From Octopus bimaculoides (taxonomy: Eukaryota): a DNA stretch of 63,754 nt. The position numbers and the translations under genes are program-made. The first letter of the stretch is position 1; the number at the start of each line of letters is the position of its first letter. The notes under the pieces were generated by a model. That model searched no databases. It was not told the origin of the DNA and worked only from the letters and a program-made list of their open reading frames with translations. The DNA lies in the NCBI RefSeq assembly GCF_001194135.2, contig NC_068986.1:105995354-106059107 (forward strand). Reading direction: 5' to 3'. This document shows positions 1 through 10,480 of this stretch, piece after piece.

Positions 1-97
1 AATTTTAAATGTGTGTGTGTGTGTGTGTGTGGCGGGGTTAACTTTTTTTTGCATATTCGTAATATCTCCGACATCTAAAACGTAAATAACGAAAAAA

Positions 98-348
98 TAA
101 ATGCGCCCTTTTAAAGCCCAGCTAGGCTTATGGGCCCGGTTTCCCGGTTTCAATGGCGTATGTGTTCCCCAGCTGGACGGGACGCCAGTCCATCGAAGCG
201 TTACTCATTTTTGCCAGCTGAGTGGGCTGGAGCAACGTGAAATGAAGTGTTTTACTCAAGAACACGACGCGTCGTCCGGTCCAAGGATCGAAGCCACAAT
301 CTTACGATCATGATGCTGACACCCTAACCACTAAGCCACGCGCCTCCA
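98..348 (-). mobile_element. tRNA-headed SINE, family D (C-like head and core, different tail)
   Basis: Minus strand begins GGAGGCGCGTGGCTTAGTGGTTAGGG (A box), degenerate B box, core GTGTTCTTGAGTAAAACACTT...CCACTCAGCTG shared with family C. Confidence 0.8.
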
Positions 349-429
349 CCATCTAAAATGTAGGAATCCGAAAATTTTTTTTCAAGAAAATGCATTTTTC
401 AAGGAGAGGTGCGAAACTGCATGAGCCCT

Positions 430-918
430 AAAGAACAAAAGGCGAAGTCGACCGCGACAGGATTTGAACTCAGAACGTAAAGCTAGAAGAAACACTGCGA
501 TGCCTTTTGCCCGACTCGCTAATGATTCTGCCAATTCGCTGCCTTTTTGCGTTTTCTTATATCGTTTCTAATATAGGTAATAAGGCCTGAAGTTTAGGGG
601 TTGAGTATTAATCGATTACATCAACGCAAGTAGTTGACTGGTACCGATTTTATTGACCCCCCAAAGGGATGGTAGGCAAAGTCGACCGCGGTGGTATCTG
701 AACTCAGAATGAAAAGACGGAATAAATGCTATTAAGCTTTTTGTCCGGCGCGGGAACATGTCTTCTAACATCGGTTTCAGATTCTGGCATATGGCCTTAA
801 ATTTCGTGGGAGTGGGCGAATCGATTATATCGACCCCCAATTCTCAACTGGTACTTATTTTATCAACTCCGAAAGGATTAAAGTCAAAGCTAACCTCAGT
901 GGAATCTGAACTCAGAAC
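430..918 (-). mobile_element. Three decayed family A SINE copies in tandem (about 430-543, 578-770, 790-918)
   Basis: Each carries variants of AAAGTCGACC...GAATTTGAACTCAGAAC, the reverse complement of the family A B-box region. Confidence 0.8.
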
Positions 919-1194
919 CCTTCTAATATCAAACACATAAAATATATGATTGATCAGTAATGAATTAGAGAAATGTCACCTACTTTCCAACAGATGATTT
1001 ATGATAGTTGTTGATGAATAGCTTCTATGAAAGTAATGATTCAGGATACTCTGATTAATTCAAAGAAACTGCTATTAAATATTTATTAGACAGAATAAAT
1101 GACAGAATACAAAGCAATGATTAATAGGGAATAGTGATGAATTACTAATGTAAATTGGACGTATGTGTAAAATATATTATTTTCTACTCTATGC

Positions 1195-1560
1195 ACAGTA
1201 AGCAATTGGTATTTAATTTATCGACCCCGAAAGGATGAAAGGCAAAGTCGACCTCGGCGGAATTTGAATTCAGAACGTAAAGACAGACGAAATATCGCTA
1301 AGCATTTCGCCCAGCGTGCGAACGTTTCTTATTTCTTTATTGCCCACAAGGGGCAACACAGAGGGGACAAAAAAGGACAGACAAACGGATTAAGTCGATT
1401 ATATCGACCCCCTTGCGTAACTGGTATTTAATTTATCGACCCCGAAAGGATGATAGGCAAAGTCAACCTCGGCGGAATTTGAACTCAGAACCTAGCGGCA
1501 GACGAAATACTGCTAAGCATTTCGCCCGGCGTGCTAACTTTTCTGCCAGCTCGCCACCTT
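1195..1560 (-). mobile_element. Dimeric family A SINE (3'-truncated)
   Basis: Two bodies GAAAGGATGAAAGGCAAAGTCGACCTCGGCGGAATTTGAACTCAGAAC joined by the tail-1 linker; same layout as 15173-15579 and 33185-33592. Confidence 0.9.
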
Positions 1561-1639
1561 TATTCAAAATATTTTGAAAGACATCTGTGTCAAGTTAGCA
1601 CATCAAAATTCTTGTTTTTCATCAATTATGTCATCTTTC

Positions 1640-2320
1640 TTGGAAATCTCGGATGTCAGCGGAAAGGTAACACGAAAATATGCCTGTCAGTGTTTTTAAC
1701 TTTAGGTTGTTATCCATAAAAAATATCAATCGTTTCTCCATTGTCGTTGATGGATTTAATATAACTCCGGAAAACAATAAAGCTAATTTCTTTATTGAGA
1801 AAATACTTTTGTCTTGATTGAGGTTAACGTTATACAATTTTACCATCTCGAGAAATTGCTTTAACTTATTATCATAATATAATTGACTTACAGCAACAAT
1901 TGTTATATTGCCCAGATAAGTGAAAACTCCTTTAACATCTTTCTTTCATATAATCTCATCTATTACAAGTTCAAAGAATGCAGCTCCACTGATTTCTCCA
2001 AATGGTATATGATTAAACCGGCAAAGTGAATTATATGCTTCAAATATAGTGGAAGGTCATTCTGACACTATAAGTGCTACTTGATGATAGGCACAACAGG
2101 CAACTAATGTATTTTATACTTCATTCGGAGCAATATTCAATACCATCTCATTAATTTTTCGTAATGGATAAGCGTCCAATTCATTATAAAATTTTTATTG
2201 TTTGATTATAATCAATCATGATTCTCTTGTGTTCTTCCTTGTTTTATTACCGGCACTTGTTCTCGCCATGGAAACTGACAGTCTTCAATTATATCTACAT
2301 TAAGAAGTTGCTGAATCTCA
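1640..2320 (-). pseudogene. Highly decayed Ty3/Gypsy reverse transcriptase remnant
   Basis: Manual minus-strand translation across frameshifts: EIQQLLNVDIIEDCQFPWREQV...IDYNQTI...LDAYPLRKINEMV...AYHQV...IPFG...FTYLGNITI (YLDN-like)...NLNQDKSIFS, in Gypsy RT motif order. Confidence 0.7.
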
Positions 2321-2978
2321 GATTAATAAATTATATCTGGGACCTCAAGCTATTAGGTTAATTTTACGATGATTGGTTTAAAAATTGCTCGATAAATTTC
2401 TAAATAGCAAAATGAATTTTAAATTTTACTGAAGAAAATACAAACACAAATAAATTTTCATGCGATTTGCTAGAAAAAAGCAACGAATTCTTCCTCAAAT
2501 AACATGTTACTGCTTGAAATAAAGTGATCTCGCATTGACTAACGCAGTTGTATCTAAAACTAAAAAGGAAAGATGGTCATTGTTAAACGACCTTTGATTG
2601 AATATCTACTCGAATGGGACTTCTCTAAAATTAAACGACGACTTCAACAATCTACGCTGTTTTAACAAATCATAGCAAGGCTGATGTCAGAGATTTTAAA
2701 AGGGAAACTTTGAAATTGAAATGAAGATGAATAATCACTAGTAAATTAACGAAACATTTACCGAGAATGTTCGGTGATAGTGAATACGGGTAACAGAAAA
2801 TATTCACTATTAGGAATAGCTGTCATTCAGGTAAAATACTCGGGGAGTCTGTAGAGAAGGGGTCCTTAACTGGTTTATTATCGTGGGTTACTTAGATTTG
2901 CACAATGTTTTGATGGGCCACTTGGGCATAAATGTAAGTGTAATTAACCAAAATTTACCAAGCATTAAAGAAAAATTC

Positions 2979-3601
2979 GGATCTATTTTAAAACGGGGAC
3001 CACATTTTTCATTAATGTTTTACGTAGTGTTTTTGGTACGGAAAGACTTTCAAACTTCGTATACTTATCTATTTTGTGTTATAGAACAGAAAAATATTTT
3101 TGTATTCGAATTTATTTCATGTAAAAAATTGTCTTATTTCGATAATTTCAACCAATCACTGACAAGTATTCAGTTGTTTACATTTACTCCTTTGGCTGAT
3201 TAAGCGATGTAAAGCGTATTTAATCTCCATACCTTCGTTTTATTTGCTTTTTTCATTTTAAATTTGCTTTAACCTTAACCCTAACCCTAACCCTAACCCT
3301 AACCGTAGGGTTAGGGTTAGGGTTAGGGTTAGGGTTAGGGTTAGGGTTAGGGTTAGGGTTAATTGTTTCAGAATCGTTTGTTTATGTAGTCGGCACTTAA
3401 TGTATATCGGCTGAATGGACGTCAGTGATTGGTTGAATTTACAGAAATACGACAACTTTCATATGGAATAATTTATGGATTTCTTTTTTTTTTAAAGAAG
3501 ACTAAGAGAAAAAGATGTTTTATATGACACAGTCTACCAGTGTTCCAAGTTTCAAAGTGTTTCGTTAATGAAAAATGTGGCCCCCGTTTTAAAAAAGATC
3601 C
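2979..3601. mobile_element. 623-bp MITE, Merlin-like, with internal inverted telomeric repeats
   Basis: About 40-bp TIRs GGATCT(A/T)TTTTAAAACGGGG(A/G)CCACATTTTTCATTAA; exact 8-bp TSD AAAAATTC at 2971-2978 and 3602-3609; inner inverted repeat at about 3146-3163 and 3421-3440. GG termini with 8-9 bp TSD match the Merlin superfamily (inference). Confidence 0.85.
3270..3360. repeat. (CCCTAA)n directly followed by (TTAGGG)n, interstitial telomeric palindrome
   Basis: Read directly; junction CCCTAACCGTAGGG at about 3298-3310. Confidence 0.97.
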
Positions 3602-3729
3602 AAAAATTCAATTAGATAAGACATATTGTAACCTAACAGAAAATAAGAAGATAAGTAATTGAATGAATACATAGGGACAAAATCTAAGACTTGATACTAC
3701 TCTAATATGTGGTAAATTGATTATGGATC

Positions 3730-4145
3730 TAGGTGCAAGAGTGGCTCTGTGGTAAGTAGCTTGCTTACCAACCACATGGTTCTGGGTTCAGTCCCACTGC
3801 GTGGCACTTTGAGCAAGTGTCTTCAACTATAGCCACGGGCCAACCAAAGCCTTGTGAGTGGATTTGGTAGACGGAAACTGAAAGAAGCCCGTCGTATATA
3901 TGTATGAATATGTATGTATATGTGTGTATGTTTGTGTGCCTGTGTTTGTCCCCCCCCCCCCACAACATCGCTTGACAACCGATGCTGGTGTGTTTACGTC
4001 CCCGTAACTTAGCGGTTCAGTAAAAGACACCGATAGAATAAGTACTAAGCTTACAAAGAATAAGTAAGAATAAGTCTTGGAGTCGACTTGTTCGCCTAAA
4101 GGTCGTGCTCCAGCATGGCCGCAGCCAAATGACCGAAACAAATAA
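3730..4145 (+). mobile_element. Family B SINE, full length, with internal (TA/TG)n microsatellite
   Basis: Head GAGTGGCTCTGTGGTAAG...GGGTTCAGTCCCACTG, CORE-like GGCACTTTGAGCAAGTGTCTT, central microsatellite, tail CAGCATGGCCGCAG...GAAACA. Confidence 0.92.
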
Positions 4146-5955
4146 ATAAATAGATAAATGAATATCTGATGGCTTTGACTCATTTATTTTTCTGTCGTTT
4201 ATTCGTTAAATCAGTGAAACAGATCCCTTTCAACAATCAAATTGCTTCTATTCTTTGATTTGACTTTGAGAAGTGAAAAACCCCCCACATGTTTACCAAA
4301 ATACGTCGATGCAGAGTAGAAAGATATTGAGTGCTTGATCTACGGCACCAGGAAATAACTATGTGACATGAGGGCCGAAAAAAAGTTTATTTTTCAATTT
4401 TAACAACTCCTCTTGAATAAGTTCTGGAATTTTGTCGAATTTTGTTATGAACGCATTGATGAACATCACCCCAAAATATTCTCTTTGACGGCGTCCGGAA
4501 TAAATACCATAACATTTCCTTCAATTTTTCTGAAGTTATTTGATTTTTTTTCTGGATTAATTATTTTGTTCGCTCATTTATGTAATTTAGATTGGGAAAT
4601 TGGATGTAGATTCCATCCTGTACTGTTTTTGTCCCAAAATCCATATTCTTGAGGAAATGTTTGATTTTTTTCCTCCATGCGTTATAAGACGTCAAGTTTT
4701 CCTTTTTTTTTTAACAAAAGTTCCACTAACTCAGGTCTCCAAAAATCTCAGTAAATAATAATGCCGCCTTCCAAAGAAAACACCAATAAGTGTCGTCCGA
4801 GTTTCTATTATTCATGTGTGCGTAAGAACAGTTTTAACATCTCTTAACAGAACATTTCCAGCCTCCAGGTTTAGAAATGTTTAGCTTCTTGTCCCGAGCT
4901 CATATCTCGGCAGAGACTTTTGAAAAGCTTTGAATTTAGGGTTGGGAATTTGACATAATTAACTATCTTAATGACTCTTTTAAACGAAACATCAATATCA
5001 CTTGCTAATCGTTAAGCAACCAATGTTTATTGTGTGTAAAGCAATGCAGATACGTAGTTCTTGGAGAGCATATTTTCGCCAGCATTTGAAACTCTGATTT
5101 GAACCTAGCATGGAACGTACAACATCAGTGCTGACATTCGCAAGATTTTCAATTTTCTTAATCCAAATCAGTTTTATAAGGGGACTTTTCATATATGTCA
5201 CCGGCGTCATTGAGGTAAGGAAAACATTATAAATGACACCCGCGAGGAATTTCATAGTTTTCGTCCCATTGAATTGAATTATTTTTGTTATTATTTTTGT
5301 ATTTCAATTAAAAAATAAAATTAACACTCATAAATCTTTCACATCCATAATTTCATTGACAATTAATCTACATTCGTATTTTAATCAGTTGCCCGTTAAT
5401 TGCTCTATTTTTCACAGTTCATTTGTCTTTCTTCTTACTAGGCTTGTTACTGTATAGCTCATAGTACGATTTCTTCTGCAATTTATAAATAGTCATTTTA
5501 TCTTGAAAATATTCTTTATATTAGAATTAGTCTCTTAATTAATTCTAATTAATTAAGAATATATTTTTAAAGAAGAATTATCACATATCTTTTGCGCGTT
5601 TTTTTGTTGTAATTTGTCTCAATATAATAATTATATATTAACACAAAACAAGCACTCAAGCGTTTATAATAAATATCGCTTGCATGCTTTAATTTTGATG
5701 TTACTCATTATTGGTGGGGTAGAATTGAATACAGGGCCTGGGATTAAAAAAAAGGGATAATAATAATAAGGGGGTAATCAGTTGGATGAAGAAGAAATGA
5801 AGAAAAGAAAACATGCTGAAGCTCAAGCTAAATATAGAATAAAAAATTGAGAAGTTATTAATTAGCATAATAGTATAGCCTGGAAAAAACATAGATTACA
5901 TGGAAAAATGCGAGCAAGAGAAATAATATTCTTAAACTTCTAAACCTGGAGAAGT

Positions 5956-6309
5956 TGCTGCTGCTGAGACCCCCCCCCCCCCTTTGGTCAAGACTGACCA
6001 TGGGATTGCACCTAGAAAGTTACCCTCCCAGGCACAAGTCCGGGCAAGGTTGTTTATGGAAGACCGGCAGTCACCCATGCATACCAGCCTCCCCTCTCCA
6101 CGCCACCAGTGTTATTTATCCAAGGGAAAGGCAAAGGTCGATACAGCTTGGCATCTGTGACGTCGCAACTCATTTCTACAGCTGAGTGAACTGGAGCAAC
6201 ATGAAATAAAGTGTCTTGCTCAAGAACTCAAAAAGCAGCCCGGTCTGGGATTCGAACTCACAACCTCACGTAAGCTCGACGCTCTAACCACTGAGCCATG
6301 CGCCTTCAC
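5956..6309 (-). mobile_element. Family C SINE inserted into the left TIR
   Basis: Perfect 12-bp TSD ACCTGGAGAAGT at 5944-5955 and 6310-6321; tRNA head GCATGGCTCAGTGGTTAGAGCG...GAGTTCGAATCCC. Confidence 0.93.
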
Positions 6310-6849
6310 ACCTGGAGAAGTACAGGACAGGTTATTACACTTGGAACAGTTTAGGGCAAGTTATTACATCTGGTAAAGTACAGAACAAGAAAATTTTTAC
6401 TTAAAATATTGCAGCTAAGGATAAAATTTAAATATTAAAAATCATTTGATTTCAATTTACCAAGTAACATAATAATTACAAAAGGTACCATGATTCTGGC
6501 AAAATATTGACACACTAAAATACTTAAAAAATGCGATCCAGAAGTACCAATATAGCTAAAGTTTTTTGCAAAGTAGAATAGTATATATGGTAGGCAAATT
6601 CATTATGTAAAAAATAGGCATGGGGTCAAGACTAAAAATGTGAAAACTTGGCAATAACTTAGGCAAAATGTACTGTAAATTCGTTGTTATAGGTAGATTT
6701 TACTGTAATATAAAACTATTTTTTGTATTATTCTATCTATTGTACTAATTATTAACTAATACAGTTCTATATTTAAGAGGTGAGAAATTATGTACATTAT
6801 TTACATTATTTGCATTTGACGGATATTTGTCCTCATCTTGTTTGTTGTT

Positions 6850-6895
6850 AACACAACGTTTCGGCTGATATACCCTTCAGCCTTCATCAGGTATC
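6850..6895 (-). ncRNA. Minimal type I hammerhead ribozyme motif (intact core)
   Basis: Minus strand GAUAC-CUGAUGA-A-GGCUGA-AGGGUAUA-UCAGCC-GAAAC-GUU-GUGUU: core, 6-bp stem II, palindromic loop-less stem III (ACGU), stem I with G-U pairs. Confidence 0.7.
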
Positions 6896-6953
6896 TTGGG
6901 GAAATTTCGAACCTGGGTTCTCATTCTTAAGGTAATTTTCGATGTTGTTGTTG

Positions 6954-7003
<50 letters not shown>

Positions 7004-7097
7004 GCTGTTGTTGTTAATATTAATTATTATTATTATTATAATTATTCAGGTCACTACTTGAAATCGAACTGAGAACCCAGGTTCGAAATTTCCCCAA

Positions 7098-7144
7098 GAC
7101 ACCTGATGAAGGCTGGAGAGTATATCAGCCAAAAATGTTGTGTT
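7098..7144 (+). ncRNA. Hammerhead motif, core-mutated copy
   Basis: GACAC-CTGATGA-A-GGCTG...CAGCC-AAAAAT-GTT-GTGTT; GAAAC is replaced by AAAAAT, predicted inactive. Confidence 0.6.
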
Positions 7145-7724
7145 AACAATAAACAAAATGAGGACAAATATCCGTCAAATGTAAATAATCTAAATAATGT
7201 ATATAATTATGAACTATTATTTTTTATAACCTATTTTCGACTATCGAATTATTAATTAATAATTTTAAAAAGTTATTTTAAAGTGCAAAAAATATTTTAA
7301 TTGAGCTATTTTTATTTTTGATAGAAATAGCAATAACTTGTAACAAAATTTTTAGTTTTAATAAAAGCTAATATTTTTCTAAATCTAAATATTTCAAGTA
7401 AAAAATGTTTGTTTTGTACTTTACCAGATGTAATAAGTTGTCCTGAATTTTCCAAGTCTAATAACTTGTCCTGTACTTTTCTAGGTTTATAAGTTTAAGA
7501 ATATTATTTCTCTTGCTCGCATTTTCCTATCTATCTATGTATGAAGCTGTATAACATTTGTGTTACTTTCGTAGGCAGATTTGATTCTGTCAAGATGACG
7601 TGGTTTGAAATATGATAGCAGTCATCTGCCATTGTCTTCATCCCTTCTGCTTTTACTAAATTTGGATGACGCTTTTCTGATTTAACAGGCCTTATTGAAT
7701 TATTAACCAATACTTTAAAACAGG

Positions 7725-8345
7725 CAGATGGAAACGTTTAAGTAGCTCACGGCTGCATTCGGAAGTGATGAGAAACAGGCGGCTAAATTGGATGTTAGAT
7801 CTACAGTTACTGGCACAGTAATGATCCAACATCAGCATTCGATTCTCAGAAGATAAGTTGGTAAAAAAAAAAAACCCTGCTATTTTCATTTCGGTTTCCG
7901 AGCCTATTCTCACCTATGGCCATGAACGTTGGGTATGACCGAAAGACTACGTACACGAATACAAGCGGCCAAAATAGGGTTCCTTTAAAGGAATTCTGGA
8001 GTAACGTTACTCTACAGAGTGTGTAGCTTGGAAATCAGGGGCTCTCTCCAAGTCTTATCTCTACTTCTCCGCATTGTGAGGTCACAGCTCCGGTGTTACG
8101 GACATGTGATTTGAATGTTGCAGGAAAAAAGCAAAAGATTGATTTTTCACGGCGAATCCAACTAACAAGAGACCAAGAACGAGATGGTTCGATAATATCC
8201 ATAGTCTCACTCGGTCACGCTTACAAATCCAGGTGGAAAGTGTAACGAGGGTTGCTTTTGATAGTCTCCAATAGAGGAGATGCCCGAGGACTCCCTCTAT
8301 GATCTTCGACTGGGCAGAAAAGATGGTTGGATGGATGGAATCTTT
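7725..8345 (+). mobile_element. RTE-clade LINE 3' fragment (decayed)
   Basis: Translation FK*L..FGSDEK...EPILTYGHERWV.TERLRTRIQAAKIGFL...RSQLRCYGHV...RTRWFDNI; ends in (TGGA)n. Confidence 0.85.
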
Positions 8346-9515
8346 AAAACATAAAACACACAATGACAAACCCACACCATAATCACTTGCCAAATAAATC
8401 TAAATTTAGCACATTCACCGGAGTATATTTTTGATTAGTCTTAATGTCAAGAACCGCTTACAGACACAAAGCTTACATTAATTTTCTTGTACCAAATTTA
8501 ATTTTTAATGAAGTTGTTGCGTCGACGATTTAAATTAATTTTCAAATTTGTTACATAAACTAAGAATTACATAATTAACTAATGCAGTTATTAATATTCA
8601 ATAAAATAAAAGATGTAAGTACCAGAAACTACATCCACCGTAATTAACAAGTCTTCTACATAAAGGGCAATGCACTTGCCGAGATAAGAAGTAATCAAGT
8701 GATCATAAAGAACACGTGACATGCTTTTTCTGCCCTCCATGAACCAATAATGATAATAATGCATCGGTGTAATGGAAGGAAAACTTCCTGATACAACTGT
8801 AGAAAAAGTTCTGTTAAAGCAAAGGAACTAAAAAATCGGAAAGATGTTAGTTAAATACAGTGTGGTTTCTTTCTTAAACGCGCGATATCCCAATGTGACA
8901 TACGCAAAACGTCGAAACCAGCACAACGAACCCTGGAAAACGCACCAAGCACATCGATTACATAGAAAGTTCGTAAATTGAATAATTACCTGTACATGCA
9001 ACTGTCCATACATCCATGTGCACATGCTAATATTTACAAGCAACATAAATAATGCCTGCACGACAAACACGTACACACACACAGAAAATAAAAGAAAAAA
9101 CGCGTGTCACGAGCGACGTCGAATCAAACAAAAGCAGAGCGACTTCCCACAAATGGATATTAAAAAGAACAAATTAGACACTCAGTTTAACACACCAGTA
9201 AACAGTTATACCCGGAAACATAGCTACCAAAAAAGATATCGATCTATCGGCCAACGATATGTCAAATATATCCATTCGAAGAACAAGGAAGAGGCATCGT
9301 GTCAAAAAGTCAGCCCTGAACAAACAGACCTGCCTCCTATTGTCACCGTCAATGCTTTAATGACAAGTCAAAACTTATGCCGGATCGGTCATCTCCCGGG
9401 ACAAAGGTCACGTTACCCAGTGGGGAACCTGACTGAGGTCGAAAAGCCTGTTGCTGGAACAAACTCTTAAAATAAATAAAAAAAAACGAACTACCAGGAT
9501 AACCCTAGACCTTTA

Positions 9516-9824
9516 ATGACACTACCAAAAACACCACCTAAATCAAAATGCATAAAATGGACTACAGAGGATTATAGAGATGTGTTGAAAGCTCTCTATA
9601 CAGCCCTACGGAACCCAAACAATAACCTCATTGTAAAGACATACACGTCAGGGAGAAACTTTGTAGGCAACGAAGTACGCAGATATATAGACGCAAATAA
9701 ATTAAGTAATGTACGCAGAGACATCGTTAAGAATAAAAGATTAAATGACGCTGAAATTAGCCAGATTAGGACACACATATCTCATGGTAGACCAATTGAA
9801 ACAGCAACAATGCAGATGAAATAG
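9516..9824 (+). mobile_element. N-terminal ORF segment of a second R4-like RLE retrotransposon (RT absent)
   Basis: ORF with KWTTEDYRDVLKALYTAL..P...IDANKLSNVRRDIVKNKRLNDAEI, same pattern as the RRWNKQVNIVVMECYYLSNP N-terminus at about 10710; family assignment from recalled R4-type N-termini. Confidence 0.6.
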
Positions 9825-10194
9825 ATAACAGATGCACAGAACTCAGTGTACGAGCAGTAAATCCCAGGAAGGGGAGGGAAACCTTCAACCGTTACTATAT
9901 TCGTAGGAGGGGTTGTTTTATTTTTTATAAACTGTTTCAAGACGCGCTCCGCCATCTTGTCGTGTAGTACTTGATTCAATTAAATTAAACGCCTACCAAG
10001 ATTATTTGATGGCACGAATGTGGCCCCTCTAAGGGCTAAACAAACATAGAAAACCAGTAACAGGTTCCTGGTGTTTCTATTCACAGCTTGGAATAAAATA
10101 AATATTGCAAAACACCAATCCTGGTGTAAAGAAATATTTTCACGGAACTTACTTGGAGCAATCGAAAACACGTCCGATGTGTTTCGCAGCAAAT

Positions 10195-10241
10195 ATAATA
10201 ATAATAATAACAACAACAACAACAACAATAATAATAATAAG
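10195..10241 (+). repeat. (TAA)n/(CAA)n microsatellite
   Basis: Read directly. Confidence 0.95.
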
Positions 10242-10480
10242 TTTTTTGTTTGTTACTTTGTCTCGTTTCACTACATTTATTTGTTTATAATTATAGAAGC
10301 AGTGCTCTATCAAATTGTCTACTCTAATAGATAAGAGCCAGAACCTAGTGCTAACACGAAAGTGTTAATGACAATTAGCCAAAACTCATGTCGGATTAGA
10401 GGAAATATTATCAATGACAAATAGTGAAAAAATGAAAATAATAATATCAGTGATGATGATGATGATGATAATAATAATAA

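Larger units (their letters stand above)
6760..7210. mobile_element. Penelope-type (pLTR-like) tail element with inverted duplication around a (TAA)n spacer
   Basis: About 6790-6922 is the reverse complement of 7071-7210; spacer (TTA/TTG)n at about 6943-7045; tRNA B-box remnant on the minus strand at 7058-7070. Confidence 0.75.
5889..7540. mobile_element. Fold-back / non-autonomous DNA transposon with about 150-bp TIRs, hosting a SINE and a Penelope-type fold-back
   Basis: 5902-5955 plus 6322-6411 is the reverse complement of about 7388-7527 (GGAAAA(A)TGCGAGCAAGAGAAATAATATTCTTAAAC...TTATTACATCTGGTAAAGTACA); exact termini and TSD not resolved. Confidence 0.8.

Noticed and set aside
3270-3360. 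Chromosome end or fusion site
   Set aside because: Arrays are short, in CCCTAA-then-TTAGGG order, and enclosed by TIRs with an 8-bp TSD.
3258-3455. ORF with LTLTLT...LGLGLG
   Set aside because: Translation of the telomeric repeat arrays, not a protein.
5533-5558. 12-bp-arm palindrome TCTTAATTAATT-CT-AATTAATTAAGA
   Set aside because: Almost entirely A/T and built from self-complementary AATT units; expected in such AT-rich DNA.
9340-9460. Possible HDV-like ribozyme upstream of the R4-like ORF
   Set aside because: GC-rich, but I could not trace the nested double pseudoknot by eye; a descriptor search would be needed.
9018-9470. 150-aa Lys/Arg-rich ORF
   Set aside because: No recognisable motif or splice context; probably 5' region or flank of the R4-like fragment. 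Not called as a CDS.
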